From assembly GCF_036321535.1 (NCBI RefSeq), contig NC_087472.1:93312001-93376000 (forward strand): 64,000 nt of DNA, read 5' to 3'. The position numbers were made by a program, and so were the translations under genes. The DNA is from Camelus dromedarius (lineage: Eukaryota). Below are positions 13,585 to 27,425 of the stretch, one piece after another. The notes under the pieces are model-generated. The model was not told the origin of the DNA. It ran no database searches and saw only the letters and a program-made list of their open reading frames with translations. Position 1 is the first letter of the stretch. Each line of letters starts with the position of its first letter.

Positions 13585-14130
13585 GACTTATTCATCCATA
13601 GAATAATTTTGTATCGATTGCCTAGGATTCTGGGGCATCATGCTAGGGCACAAAGGAAGACGGTTAGAAGAACTTCTGACAAAATTTCTGTACTCAAGAT
13701 CATTTAGTCTACTGTGGAAGACATATATCAGCAAATAATTGCAATGAAATAATAAATCTAGGCTCAGAGCAGAGTTAAGGAGATCCTTTTTTCTAAGGAT
13801 TTGGGGGAAAATGTAAAGGAAATTGTGCCATGTGGGTAGGGTGTGTCTTCAATAATTTTAGAAAAGAGCAACATTATATACAAAGAGAAACTCATCTTCA
13901 AAAGCACAAAAAGACAACGAAAAACAGCACTGTGGCATGCATTAGGAAACATACAATCATTTGATCTTTCAAAAATATTTACTCAACACTTACTTTGTAT
14001 CAGGCACTATTAAGAGTTCCCAAAGATAAAGCAGAGACTACTAAAGATTTGAGGCATCTGTCATTAGTCTGCCATTTCAGTGAGACTTAATGACACATTG
14101 GAAGTGGGAGGGGAAGAGAAAAGACAAATG
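13585..14130 (-). mobile_element. L2 fragments, antisense
   Basis: TTATTCATCCAT...CATCATGCTAGGGCAC and AAATATTTACTCAACACTTACTTTGTATCAGGCACT resemble antisense L2 3' ends. Confidence 0.55.
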
Positions 14131-14469
14131 AAGGATGAGCTTAGTCACAGCAGTAAGAATAGTTTTCTGGGAAGAAGCGAAAATGGCTCAGAGTTCTATT
14201 TAGCTTTTTTTGCTAACCTTTACATTTGGTTTATCAAAAAACTCAAATTAATCTTTCTGTAATTAACTCATACCTACTAACATTTAAAAATATTAAGTAG
14301 CACCCATTCATCTTTATTTAATATTCAATATAAGCCAAATAATATTCATTCTTTCTTGTCATTAGCCTCTACGGCTCCATTCATTACCTGGCTATCTTTG
14401 CTTTGGAACTGCTAAGTTCCTGACCAAGAAATGTCATTCTCATCTCTTTCAACATTCTTATTAGGGTTG

Positions 14470-17400
14470 AATCAGTAATCAAAAATCTCCCAAGGAAGAA
14501 AAGCCCAGGACCAGATGGCTTCACTAGTGAACTTTACCAAACATTTAAAGGATTAACACCAATCCCTTTCAAACTCTTCCAAAAAAAAAAAAAAAAAAAT
14601 ATGAGGGGAGGGAACATTCACAAACTCATTTTACGAGGCCAGCATTATCCTGGTACCAAAACCAGAAAAGGGCACTACTAGAAAAGAAAACTATAGGCCA
14701 ATATCCCTGATGAATATAGATGTAAAAATTCCCAATAAAATACTCGGCAAACCAAATTCAGCAGCACATTAAAAGGATCATTCATCATAATCAAGTGGTA
14801 CTTATCCACGAGAAGCAAGGATAGTTCAAACACATGCAAATTAATCAATGTGATACTTCATATTAACAGAATCATATGATCATCTCAATAGAGCTGAAAA
14901 AGCATTTGATAAAATTAAATATCCATTCATGGAAGAACTTTTAACAATCTAGGCAGAGAAAGGAAAATATCACAACATAATAATGGCCATATATAAAACC
15001 CCTCAGCTAATATCATATTCAAGGGTGAAAGGCTGAAAGTTTTTCCTCTAAGATCAGGAATAAGAAAAGAGTGTCCACTCTCACCACTTCTATTTGAAAT
15101 AGTACTGTAATTCCTAGTTAGAGCAATCAGGCAAGAAATAGAAATAAAAGGCAGCAGGATTAGAAAGGAAGAAGTAAAAGTATCTCTATTTGCAGGTGGC
15201 ATGATTTTATGTCTAGAAAATCCTAAAGATTGAATAAAAAATCTGTTAAAACTAATCAACAAATTCAGTAAAGCTGCAGAATATAAAATCAATATATCAA
15301 AATCAGTAGTGTTTCTACACACTAACAATGCATTTTCTGGGAAAAAAAAAATTGATCCCATTTACAATAGCATCAAAAAGAATAAAATGCTTGCGAATAA
15401 ATTTAAGCAAGGAGGTGAAAGATCTCTACCTGAAAACTGAGACATGGATGAAAGGTATCGAATAAGACACAAATAAATGGAAAGATATCTCACTCTCGTG
15501 TATTAGAAGAAATTAATATTGTTAAAATGTCAGTACTACCAAAAGCCTTCTATAGATTCAATGCCATTCCTATCAAGATTCCAATGTTATTTTTTACATA
15601 AGCAGGGAAAAAAAAAATTCATATGGAACCACAAAAGACACTGAATGGCCAAAGATACCCTGAAAAAGAACAAAAGCAGGAGGCATCACACTTCCCGACT
15701 TTAAGCTATATTATAAAGCTATATTAATTAAAATAATACGGTACTGGCATAAAAAAAGACAAATAGACCAATGGAACAAAATTGAGAACCAAGACATAAA
15801 CCCAAGCATACGCAGTCAATTAATATTTGACAAGTGAGCCAAGAATATTCAATGGAGAAGAGACCCATTCTTCAATAAATAAATAGTACTGGGAAAACTG
15901 GATATTCACATGTAAAAGAAGAAAAGTTACTCCTATCTTCTTCCACCATACACAAAAATTAATTCAAAATTAATTAAAGACCTAAATGTAACACCTGAAA
16001 CCTTGAAACTCCTTGAAGAAAACATAGGAAAAAGCTCCCTGACATGGGTCTTGGTAATGATTTTTTGGGACTCTCACCTAAAGTACAAGCAACAAAATAA
16101 AAAATAAACAAGTGGGACTACATCAAACTAAAAAGCTTCTGTACAGCAAAAGAAACCATCAACAAAGTGAAAAGACAACTTAGGGAATTGGAAAAAAATA
16201 TTCACAAACCATATGTCTGATAAAGGGTTAATATCCAAAATACATAAAGAACTCATACAACTCAATAGCAAAAACCCCCAAATAATCCAGTTTAAAAATG
16301 GGCAAAGGACACAAATAGACATTACTGCAAAAGAAGATACACTAAAGGCCAATGGGTACATGAAAAGGTGCTCAACATCACTAGTCTTTAGGGAAATGCA
16401 AATTAAAAGCACAATGAGATATCACTTCACATCTGTTAGATTAACCATTATCAAAAAAAAAGATAACAAATACTGGCATGGATATGGAAAAAAGAGAACC
16501 CCTGTGCACTGTTGGTAGGAATGTAAATTGGTACAGCCACTATGATAAACAGTTTAATGGTCCCTCAAAAAATTAAAAATAGATTAATTTACTATAAGTG
16601 CATGGGTTTATTTCTGGGCTTTCTATCCTGTTCCATTGATATATGTGTCTATTTTTGTGCCAGTACCATACTGTTTGATTACTCTAGCTTAGTAGTACAG
16701 TCTGAAGTCGGGGAGTGTGGTTCTTCCAGCTCCTTTCTTCTTTCTCAAAATTGTTCTTGCTATTTGGGGTCTTCTGTGCTTCCATACAGATTTTAAAATT
16801 TTTGTTCCAGTTCTGGGGTAATTTGATAAGGATTGCACTGAATCTGTATATTGTCTTGGGTAGTATGGTCGTTTTAACAATACTGATTCTTCCAATCCAA
16901 GAACATGATATATATTTCCATCTGTTTGTGCCATACTTATGGCTAATTAATCTATGATAAAGGAGGTAAGAAAATACAATGGAGAAAAGATAGTCTCTTC
17001 AATAAGTGGTACTGGGAAAACTGGGAAATTACATGTAAAAGAAAGAAATTAGGACATTCTCTAACACTATATACAAAAATAAACTCAAAATGGATTAAAG
17101 ACCTAAATGTAAGACACAATACTATAAAAATCCTAGAGGAAAACATAGGCAGAACACTTTTTGACATAAACTACAGCAGTATTTTTTTTTATCCATCTCC
17201 TAGAGTAATGGAATTAAGAGCAAAAATAAGCAAATGGGACCTAATTCAACTTACAAGATTTTGCACAGCAAAAGACACCACAAGGAAAAAGACAACCTAC
17301 AGAATGGGAGAAAATATTTGCAAATGAAGAAATTGACAAGGAACAAATTTCCAAAATATATGAACAGCTCATATAGCTTAGTATCAAAAAAAAAAAAAAA

Positions 17401-19116
17401 AAAAACCCAATCCAAAAATGGGCAGAAGACCTAAATAGACATTTCTCCAAAGACATACAGATGGCCAACAGGCACATGAAAGGATGCTCAATATCACTAA
17501 TTATTAGAGAAATGCAAATCAAAACTACAATGAGGTTATCACCTCACATCAGTCAGAATGGTCATCATTAAAACATTTACAAATAATAAATGCTAGAGAG
17601 AGTGTGGAGGAAAAGGAACCCTCCTACACTGTTGGTGGGAATGTAAATTGGTGCAGCCACTATGGAGAACAGTATAGAGGTTTCTTAAAAAACCTAAAAA
17701 TAGAGCTACCATATGATCCAGCAATCCCACTCCTGGGCATATATCCAGAGAAAACTCTAACTTGAAAAGACACAAGCACCCCAATGTTCACAGCAGCACT
17801 ATTTACAATAGCCAAGACATGGAAGCAGCCTAAATGTCCATCAACAGATGAATGGATAAAGAAGATGTGGTGTAACATAAATATAATGGAATATTACTTA
17901 GCCATAAAAAGAATGAAATAATGCCATTTGCAGCAACATGTATGAACCTAGAGATTATCGTGGTGAGTGAAGTAAGTCAAAGACAAATATCTTATGGTAT
18001 CATTTATATGTGGAATCTAAAAAAAATGATGCAAATGAACTGATTTATAACCCAGAAATAGACTCACAGACATAGAAAACAAACTATGGCTACCAAAGGG
18101 GAAAGGGTTAGGGGGAGGGATAAATTAGGAGTTTAGGATTAACATACACACACTACCATATATAAAACAGATAAACAACAGTCTTACTTTATAGCACAGG
18201 GAACTATATTCAATATCTTGTAATAACCTATAATGGAAAAGAATCTGAAAAAGAATTCATATATATACACATACATACACATATGTATATGTATAACTGA
18301 GTTACTCTGCTGTACACCTGAAACTAACACAATATTGTAAACCAACTATATTTCAATTAAAAAAATTAAAAATAGAACTACCACATGATCCAATAAGTCT
18401 GCTTCTGGCAATATATCCAAAGGAAACAAAAACACTAACTTGAAAAGATATCTGCACCCTCATATTCATAACACCATGATTTATAATAGCCAAGACATGG
18501 AAATAATCTACCATCAACGGATGAATGGTTAAAGTTGTGAGAAACACACAAAGACACACACACACACTATACATACACCCTGGAATAATATCCAGCCATT
18601 AAAAAAAAAACAAGGAAATCCTACCATTGGCTACAATGTGGCCAGACCTTTAAGGCATTATGCTAAGTAAAATAAGTCAGACAGAGAAGACAAATACTGC
18701 ATGATCTCACTTATATGTGGAATCTAAAACAACAACAAACCAAACTCACAGAAAAGGAGATCAGACTTATGGTTACCAGAGGAGGGGGGGGGGTTGGAAG
18801 AAGGTGGTCAAAAGGCACAAACTTCCAGTTGTAAGTTAAATAAGTACTAGAGATGTCATGTACAACATGATGACTATGGTTAACTCCTGTATGATAGATT
18901 AAAAAAGGGTGTTAAAAGAGTAAATCCTCAGAGTTCTCATCACGAGAATTTTTTTTCTTTTCATCTTTTTTTTTTATTGCATCTATATGAAATGAACTGA
19001 TGTTAGCCGAACCTATTGTGGTAATCATTTCATAATATATGTAAATGAAACTATCATGTTGTACACCTTAAACTTATGCAGCAATGTATTTCAATTCTTT
19101 CTCAATAAAAAAAAAT
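14470..19116 (+). mobile_element. 5'-truncated older L1 (L1MA-type): ORF2 RT and C-terminal region plus 3' UTR, split by a nested L1
   Basis: ORF2 RT signatures AAAAGCCCAGGACCAGATGGCTTCACT and TCTCTATTTGCAGGTGGCATGAT (degenerate FADD). It resumes at ~18377 and ends in AATAAA plus an A tail. Possible TSD: TAGGGTTGAAT (14462) / TAGGGTTAAAT (19118). Many stops and frameshifts. Confidence 0.92.
16584..18359 (+). mobile_element. Younger 5'-inverted L1 nested in the older L1
   Basis: Antisense ORF2 segment 16584-~16933, then sense ORF2 C-terminus and 3' UTR. Flanked by TSD AAAAAATTAAAAATAGA at 16567-16583 and 18360-18376. Confidence 0.92.
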
Positions 19117-19209
19117 CTAGGGTTAAATTTCTTAGTTCTCTTATAGCATACCTCTAACAAATTATGATGCTGTAAATATTAAGAACCCATTGTTTAAACA
19201 TGATATCAG

Positions 19210-19520
19210 ACAGTACTACTCAAAGTGTAGTTATCCATGAATGATTTTTACTGGTCTACAATGAAGTAAGTACAGAAATTGAGAGTACATCTTTAGAAAT
19301 TTTTATAGCAATTTGACAGTAATTTTATGCTTATTGAATCTAATAATAATTTAAGGACAGGTTTGTAGTTTTTGTGTTTCTTTTCTATTATTTTTATAAA
19401 TTAAGTATTACTCTGTTAAAATTATTCACCTGTGAAAAATTGGTAATGATATTTAAAAAGTAAACAAATAAATAAACAAAAACTACTGGTCCTCTGCTTA
19501 GAACACTTTAAAAAGTTCTA
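19210..19520. mobile_element. hAT-Charlie-type DNA transposon remnant
   Basis: Begins CAGTACTACTCAAAGTGT...AAGTACAGAAATTGAGAGTA...TTTTATAGCAATTTGACA; ends ACTGGTCC...ACACTTT. Confidence 0.6.
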
Positions 19521-20529
19521 GGATGCCTCATTGACACACTTAAAATGTGGCAATCTTTCACTACCATTCTTCCAGAATGCCTATTAAATTCTGATTTTTT
19601 TCTGGAATTACAAGTTGCAACAAATTATGGGTAAATACACACTTCCTATATCTATCTTCTCTCCTAATTTATGTTGAGCTTTAGCATGTTCTCTATGAAC
19701 AGTCATTTTTCTAAAATTACCTATACACATACAAACATACTTAGAGCATGATACTGAAATTATTATCTCAAAAAAAATATTTTGAGGAACTAGAGCCATA
19801 TTTTAGAGTACCAATATTAATAATCATCAATAAATATATTATACATTTGCTTTTAAACTTTGTCTTTCTGTTGTGTATGTTTATACTGTTGCCAAAAAAA
19901 GCCCCCAAAACCCCAGAAATCAAGGCAATAGTGTCATGGATGCTCTTTTGAAGGCACATCCCTTCTGTAAGCCCTGCATTCCTCCTGTTGTCATGTGGGA
20001 ACTAGGAAAACAATGTTAGCTTAGTTTTTAAAGGGCATGCTCATCACAGTAAGGTTGTAAAGCTTATATGGTTTCAGGTTTAAAGCACATGGGAAAGCTT
20101 GTCAACAAGATGATGCAGAGAGATGATGGTGAAGTGTGCATTCAGAACCCAAACAAGAACAGTTGTTCAGTCCTGCTGTGGCTTATAGTGTTGATTTCAA
20201 GTGATACTCAGTCAACATAGGAGCAAATCATGAAAATAAAAGGCTGAACTACATATGTTAAATCCACACAAGCATCATTAGTACCTAGTTTAAAACTCTT
20301 CAAAAATGCACCTCTATTTTGGTTTTTCATTTGATACAGTTCAGCCATTCCCAAGGAATATCTAACAAAGGGTCATGCATAAATACAGGCGTAACGATAG
20401 TTGGGGAATTAGAGATGAAAAAATTTTAAATGTGAGAAACTCATTACTAAAGACAGTAATCACAACTAAGCAACTTTTGATATTGATAAATGACTTTTTT
20501 TTTTTTTTGCTTTTTAAAATAAGGATATT

Positions 20530-20635
20530 TTGAACCTCTAGTGTGTATAAGAATCACCTGATCAAATCAATACTCAGATATTACGCAGTGACTGTGGGGT
20601 GGGTCTGGAATTCTGCTTGTTTAACAAATGCTATA
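20530..20635. mobile_element. MER5-like hAT MITE fragment
   Basis: AGAATCACCTG...TGGGGTGGGTCTGGAATTCTGCTTGTTTAACAA. Confidence 0.55.
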
Positions 20636-20699
20636 GATGGGACAGGGACAGGAAATACCAGGAGCCAAGCATACGGGAACCATAATGACCCAGGCCTCC

Positions 20700-21195
20700 A
20701 AGGTATTATAAGCAGGTCTGAGGCTCACTGCTAGACCAAGTTGTTCCTTGCTGGACATAATCTCACAGAACGCCAACATCAGACAAGGTCACTCTGAGAC
20801 CAGAAACAAGTGAGATACAAACAAGGTCACTGTGTCATCTACAGAATACTAAGCATCCCCCTCTCTTGGCTAATATGAGTGACTGTGGCTTCTTTGCCTA
20901 TTATAGTCTTTACTGAGCTCTGGTCTGCCATCCCTACAGATGTTTGAAATACCCAATCATAAAATTGCTGTGGCTTACTGACAGTACCCAATCTAGAGTA
21001 AGTCTCTACTTCCTTAGACTTTCCTCAAGATTTCCTAGATAAAACCAAAATCCTGTAAGTCTTTGTAATGGCCTCTTACTGAAACACCACATATTCCCTA
21101 TGGTGTGTATTCTCCCTCACTGCAATGAGTAATAAACTCAATTTTTTCCACATGGTTATGTTACTGGTGGTCTTACACTGAAGGGCATTAACTTT
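20700..21195 (+). mobile_element. ERV1 solo LTR (MER67-like)
   Basis: AACATCAGACAAGGTCACTCTG, CATCCCCCTCTCTTGGCTAATATGAGTGACTG; AATAAA at ~21131. Confidence 0.7.
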
Positions 21196-21481
21196 TGATA
21201 CCACATTTTAATTTATGACACAAGCACTATTATTACTAATAAATAGGACTTAAATATAAACAAAATCACTGTGCAACCCCAAAACTTCTTCATAAGTACA
21301 AAGTTCACTTTATTTTACCAATACACATTTAGCTTCCTTACTGCAGGGACAGTGCCTTCAGTATCTACCTACTGTCTTCCACTAGGGGCCAGGTACCTAG
21401 TAAGTGCTCAAGAAACACAAGTGAAAGAAAAAAACAAAAGATTTTTTTCACAGTTGATAAGTGAACTGAGAGATAACCCCC

Positions 21482-21999
21482 CATGGTAGGCAGAATAATC
21501 TTCTCCCCAAAGAAGTCCATGTCCTAATTCCTAGAACCTGTGAATATGTTACCTTACATGGCAGAAGGGACTTTGCAGGTGAGATTGTTAAGGACTTTGA
21601 GATGGGGAGATTATATTGGATTATCCAGGTAGGCTTAAGATGATCACAACAGTTCTTACAAGATGGTGGCAGGAGGGTCAGAGTTAGAGATGTTAAGACA
21701 GAAGCAGAGGCTAGAGACAAGGAGAGGGAGTAACTAGGAGAGGGAGAGGGAGGGAGATATTTAAAGATACTTTGAAGGTGGATGAAGGGGCCATAAATCA
21801 AGGAATGCAATTGGCTCTAGAAGCTGGAAAAAGCAAGAAAATGGATTCTTCCCTAGAGGATCCTGAAGGAGCACAGCCTTGCTAACATCTTAATTTGAGG
21901 ACTTCTTACCACCAGAACAGTGAGATAATAAATTTATGTTATGTTACATTGGTAAACCTGTGGTAATTTATTACAGCAGCAAGAAGAAACCAACGTACC
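21482..21999 (+). mobile_element. MaLR solo LTR (MLT1D-like)
   Basis: GGCAGAATAAT...AGAACCTGTGAATATGTTACCTTACATGGCA...CTAGAAGCTGGAAAAAGCAAG...TGTGGTAATTTATTACAGCAGCAA. Confidence 0.9.
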
Positions 22000-22174
22000 T
22001 CCAAACAGGAGAAGATACTTTTTAGATAGTATTCTACCGTGCATACTGAGACATATCTACACACCAGCCTTCTCATTGTGGGTCTCAGGATCTTGGTTAC
22101 AAAGGTGATGAGGTCAATTTGGGCTTCTCATGTAAAAATAATATAAAAAAAACTCTCTTATTCAGGACTTTATA

Positions 22175-22312
22175 GTAATAACAGAAGCTTTAATAATAAT
22201 AGAAGCTTAATCTGATATTAAAAATAATATATTAAAATAACAGATGATAAAATACAATAAAATATTAAAATAAGATATTAAAATAATAGAGGCTTAATAT
22301 GATATTAAAAAT
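22175..22312. repeat. AT-rich degenerate minisatellite
   Basis: Recurring TAATA(A/G)AGCTTAAT and GATATTAAAATAA blocks. Confidence 0.6.
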
Positions 22313-22917
22313 TTAAGAAATTAAACATTTATAATGTCCTAAATAATTAGCTGACTCATAAATTCAGATGTACAGTAAAATATAGATTATATACAGATAT
22401 AAATGTGGTATGGCTCTGTTTTACTTTGTAGGTACAAGTGATGATGTAGTTCTACCAAAAGTTTACATGACAGTGTTAAAATTAAATACAAAATTGAGAC
22501 CAGACTTAAAAATCCCCTGAGCAGACAAAACCATTTAAACCATGTAAGCAAAACTAAATCTAGCTTATTTCATGAACATAAGTGAAATTTAACTTAGGAT
22601 ATTTCTTGTAAATGTCTCTGATAATCATAGAAGAAATTTAAGTCATCTTCCTAAAAATGGTATGAGATAATCACTTTTAACCAATCCACTGAAATCTGAA
22701 AACGCTCATTGTAATAACCAACCATTGCAAAGGTTAACATCCTCATTTCTACTTTATAAGCGATGCTATAGTTTAATGCAATTGAGCTTCATATCAGTCT
22801 TTGAATTTGGAAGCTCCCAGTTTGTGAACTGTTCTTATATGCAAAATAAACTCTTACTTAAATACTATTCATTGATTTGGTGGCTTTCATTTTGCTATTT
22901 CTGGATTTTTGAGTCTC

Positions 22918-22935
22918 TGGTGTCAGAAGTGGGAC
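22918..22935 (+). promoter_or_regulatory. Retroviral primer-binding site, tRNA-Leu type
   Basis: 17/18 complementary to the 3' end of tRNA-Leu(CAA) (ATCCCACTTCTGACACCA), just after the LTR end. Confidence 0.8.
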
Positions 22936-25399
22936 CCAAAGAAGACCCTCAATGACTCTGAGGCCAGTAAGCAAAACGTGTTGGTGCCCACAGGGCCCAC
23001 TGAGCTCACTGCTTTCTTACCAACCCAGGAGTCTGAGGGTAAAGTCTCTCTTGGATCTGAGCTCTTGCTCTCTTTGCCTTTTGAGTTCTCTGATTTGATT
23101 GTGAATACCTGTATTCTGTTGAAGCTTCCTGGTAAGTCACCCTTCTGTCTGTAAAGGGAGAAATTTGTTATTCTCTGGGTTTTAGTCAGTGATAGGATTA
23201 TCAGGCTCCCCACAGATCATTGGGGGTTTAGGATACCTAAAGTCAAAGATGGGTTCCACCTGGTCTAAAACTCTCTAGTTCTCTCAAAAACTGCTTCCTA
23301 TATCTATACCCACTACAAACCAGGATCTTGTGCCTTGTGGGAAAATGGGTGAACTTTTGGACAATTTGGAATTGTTGTGGCCAATCTGGGGAAGCTTTAA
23401 TTTAGATAATTCTACCTTAAGGGGCACCCTTGAAAGGAGAGGATCTCAAACCTCTCTGAGACAATGAAATGCCTTCTTTGATTAGTATGTAAAGGCTTCA
23501 AAAAGACAGTATAACTCCAAAAATAGCTTCTTTAAAATAATTCTTACAGCAAGCAAATACAAATCTTTAGCAAAGAACTTTGGCCACTTGAGCAGGTAAA
23601 CTTAACATAGTCTATCTGCCAGAAACACAATTTGGATCCATCTATTCTTTTTAAGTTTTGTATTATTATGCCTGAGACATGGCTGAAATTTGTAAGTGAA
23701 AGCTATAAGATCCCTGTATGTGTCTATGTATATTTATATATTATGTATATGTGATTTTTTAAAATACTTAATTAGGCTAATCACATGATTGGGATAATCT
23801 TTGATCAAGAAAAGTTGTTCAAGTTTGTTGGTTTAATAAAGACAGCCATCTTTTCAGAATTGTCAATATTAAATGTAATGCAAACATACAACTTGTTCTA
23901 CCTGTGTTTACTAGTGAAATAAGCTCATGCTATCTCTATTTTACAAAATTTGTCAATAAGAAAAATAAGATGATGGTTAGCTATTTGATGTCTAAACTAA
24001 GCATAACTGTTAAAAACAAGTAATTTAAATAAATGTTTAAATAAGTTTATATTAAGTTAAACTAAATAATGGGTATTTGTGGCATATTTAGATTTTTTTC
24101 CAAATAAGATAATATATTGAGACATTGATAAACCTAAGTTTAAATTTAACTACTTTTGGCTTTTTAATTTTTACAGAGAGAGAAAAGAAAATTGGGTCTC
24201 TTAATAAATGTCTTTTACCACATTAAAACATAGTGCTATGAAAAACATATCTCTAAAAGTTATAAATTTTATCACTATATATTTATAAATTTGTTAACCT
24301 ACTACAGATGCTAATATATGATAGACAATAAAGTGCCTGCTTCCTAATTTTCACTGGAAAATAAAGGCTAACAGTTAAAATTTATAATATATAAAATTAG
24401 AACTATTAGAAACATTAAGAGTGAAGGAAAACAATTTTGTATACACAAAGTAGGAGAGAAAATGGGATGTAATTTTTATATGAAGAGTATGTAAGGAATA
24501 TTGGATGTGTTTTTTTTTTTAAGGAAAAAGAGAGTAATGTTGTCTAAAATAAAATGACCGGTTGTTCCACAATAAGAAAAGAAAAAGAGTAAGACAAAAT
24601 CTAAAGGGATATCAAAAGCTGCAGAAAGTTTAAGGGAAAGAAATTTTATGTTGTGAGGTCAAAGCTGGCTAAATTGAATATATTTATTTATAAGGGTTTT
24701 TTAAATGAGCTCAATAATATACTGATGCAAAATTAGGTTTTAATTTTCTCTTTTTTAAAATCACAAAATTTCTCAGACTACTGGTCTGCTCTTAAAAGAT
24801 TATAAAAGGTCTTTCTTTACCTTTAATGTAATCTGCCTAGGAAACAAAGATTCCGTGCCTTGGAAAATATTTCAATTGCTCCATGTCAACTTTATCAGAT
24901 ATTTGATTATTTAGGAAAACTGAGTCTTTTCAATATTAAAAGAGCTAAGGTGTTTTTTGTTTGTTTTTTTTTTTACAACTATGTAAACTTCTGTTTTTGC
25001 CTTTGAAATCTTTCATCACTATGACTGACTGGATAATTAAGTATTATTTCACAGTGACCTGTGATTCTATTTGATCAAGTGCTTTAAACCTTTTGACATT
25101 TCTGACAAGCTTCCCAATATCAAATTCTGAAGTCTTTCTGACTTCAAACTAACTTTGGGATTTTCCAGAGGGCCCCTGGAAGATCTCAAGGGTTGCTCTT
25201 TCTCCAAGAGAAATGTTGAGTTATTCAGGCTTATTCGATATGCTAAGTTACAGGGGAAACATTGCCAAATAAAAAGTAATTTTAACCTTCTTAGAGCATA
25301 TTTATATATGACATATATCATTAAAATAAGTAATTCATAAATCAGATGAAATTCCTAAAAATCTGGTATGTCCTGGTATAATATTATTAGTAATGATTT

Positions 25400-25600
25400 A
25401 TTTGGTTGCTTAAATCTTGGCTCCTGGGAATCTCTGCTATGGGAATTTTTTAGTCTTTGGCTATTATTCTCCTTATAGCCATCATGTTAATCTTTCTGGT
25501 GTGTTGTATCCTCCCAGGGGTTTTAAATGCATTTTGGCAGCCACTCACACATCAAATGATAGCTACCAGGATTACACAACTTGAAGAACTCAATGATTTG
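25400..25600 (+). pseudogene. ERV env transmembrane-anchor and cytoplasmic-tail remnant
   Basis: Hydrophobic IILLIAIMLIFLVCCIL segment in ORF 25457-25858, shortly upstream of the PPT where env TM is expected; no ectodomain. Confidence 0.55.
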
Positions 25601-26599
25601 ACCATCTATGTCCCTGATGACGATTCAACTGTTGGTAACAGCAACCACATGGCCCTCCATCCGGACTACTCAAGTAGTGGAAACATTGAACAGGGGTTTT
25701 TCAGCATGGCTACATCAACTGTGATGACCAAGAGTAACACTATACTAGTTGGTCACACTCAGCTTGCTCAGAGAATGACCAAAAGGGGGGAACTGTTAAA
25801 AATTAAATACAGAACAGTGACCCACAATTTGCGTTTAGCAAGACATCCACCCTTTTAAAAGTCCACCCTCCAACAAGTCTTTTACTCCTCTCCAGTAGAT
25901 GTCACACATCTGCTAAAATTAAGTCAGGGCCTACTGACACAGCTACTGCCACCTAGACCTGCTAAGGTTATCTGTGTTTCCACCTTGGTTTCTACATTGT
26001 CCAACTCCACACTCCCAGGGTTGTCTCCTCTCATAAAATTACAAAATTCCCAAGGTATTAAATGTGATCATTGGAGTCACATTATATTCTTTCATATTCT
26101 TCCAGACATGTGAACATTATCCAACTTTTCCCCTTTTCTTCCAGAAAATAAAGTCCTCATGAACAAAAACTCTTACAAATAGAAACTGGAGACAGGGAGA
26201 AGGGTTCCTGGCCCACTAATTTTACAGAGAGCTTGACTCTGAATCCCAGGGTGGCACAGCTGTAGTACCCCAGAGTAATTCATAACCCTCCTCTCTAGAC
26301 TATTGTTGAAACTCTCGAGACTGTTTTAAATCTTTCCAATCAAGCATCATCCATTGATCTTTTTTCAGTCCCATGCTGATTATTACTGGGCCATGTTGGA
26401 CCCGACTTCATTGTATCAGAACTGATCTACTTTTTTGTCTTCAGTCTCTATGTCAGCAATTTTACAAAGTTATCTTTTAACTGCAGAATGTTGTCAATAT
26501 TCCCTAATGGTCTAGCTATTTCTATTCCTATTTATAACTACTGAGATTCATTTAAATATAGACACCATTCTTTCAGCTTATTATGCCCTCTAGTCTTTT

Positions 26600-27425
26600 G
26601 ATCTTATCCACCCTACCCCCACAATTTCCTACAATTTATTAGCTTCTTTCTAATTTAATTCTTTTCTATCATCTATCATGTGATCCATCACTGCCATCAC
26701 TCTTCTTCCCCTTGTTCTCCCATCATACATGACTTGTACAATTAAGACCCTGGATAATTTGACATTTCCTCTCTCTCTACCTGGACTACTGACAGTTGCT
26801 GGAGAAACACATTCAATTCTTTATGTTGATTACACCATAAATACCTGTCCTCAAATTCACCCAGGCTCTCCTCTATTCCCCAATTACAGCTTCCTTTCAC
26901 TTACAGCAAGTTACCTTCCCTGTTTTACAAAAATAGAAGCTATCAGGCAGAAAAATTCTCCCCTGCCCCACTTAAGATCTTTACGACCAACCTACAAATT
27001 CTGTGTAAACATCCATTATCATCTACATCCCTATCTCCACCTCAGTCACTTATATATTTCAGCTTGGTCTGCTTAGAGAAATTATTCTATCAAATATCCT
27101 CTCTCTCTCTTGTATCTTTGAGTTTTTCATCTTTACTGGTTTGAACACCTTCCCCATCCTCCATCCCTGAGCAAGAGTAAGGAATTTAACTTCCTTATGT
27201 TCCTGTATATAACTGTTCATTTCTCTATCATAAAATTGAATTTATCTCTTACTAGACAGTCAATAAATTTGGAACATGTGATTACTTTTCTGTTCCTCCT
27301 ATAGAACTGTGAGCACTAAGAAAATGCCCCAAACTCTGCATCCCCATTCCTAGTGCCTAGAACATAACATTCTCACATGAATGTTTACTGATGAAATACT
27401 GAAAACACTAATTCATGTATGAATT
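26600..27425 (+). mobile_element. L2 fragments
   Basis: C/T-rich; ACCTTCCCTGTTTTACAAAAATAGAAGCTATCAGGCAGAAA; 3' end CTAGTGCCTAGAACATAA...ATGTTTACTGATGAA. Confidence 0.6.

Larger units (their letters stand above)
22474..25815 (+). mobile_element. Degenerate ERV1 (MER4-group-like) provirus: 5' LTR, PBS, deleted internal region, env remnant, PPT, truncated 3' LTR
   Basis: 5' LTR 22474-~22914 starts TGTTAAAATTAAATACA. PBS TGGTGTCAGAAGTGGGAC at 22918-22935. PPT AAAAGGGGGGAA at 25781-25792. The 3' LTR restarts TGTTAAAAATTAAATACA at 25794. Confidence 0.85.

Noticed and set aside
14927..18574. Many ORFs on both strands (also 37864-40117 and 42920-44008)
   Set aside because: All are sense or antisense fragments of L1 sequence.
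25457..25858. 133-aa ORF as a captured env (syncytin-like) gene
   Set aside because: TTG start; only the TM anchor is present, with no signal peptide, furin site, fusion peptide or CX6CC; the ORF runs through the PPT and LTR.
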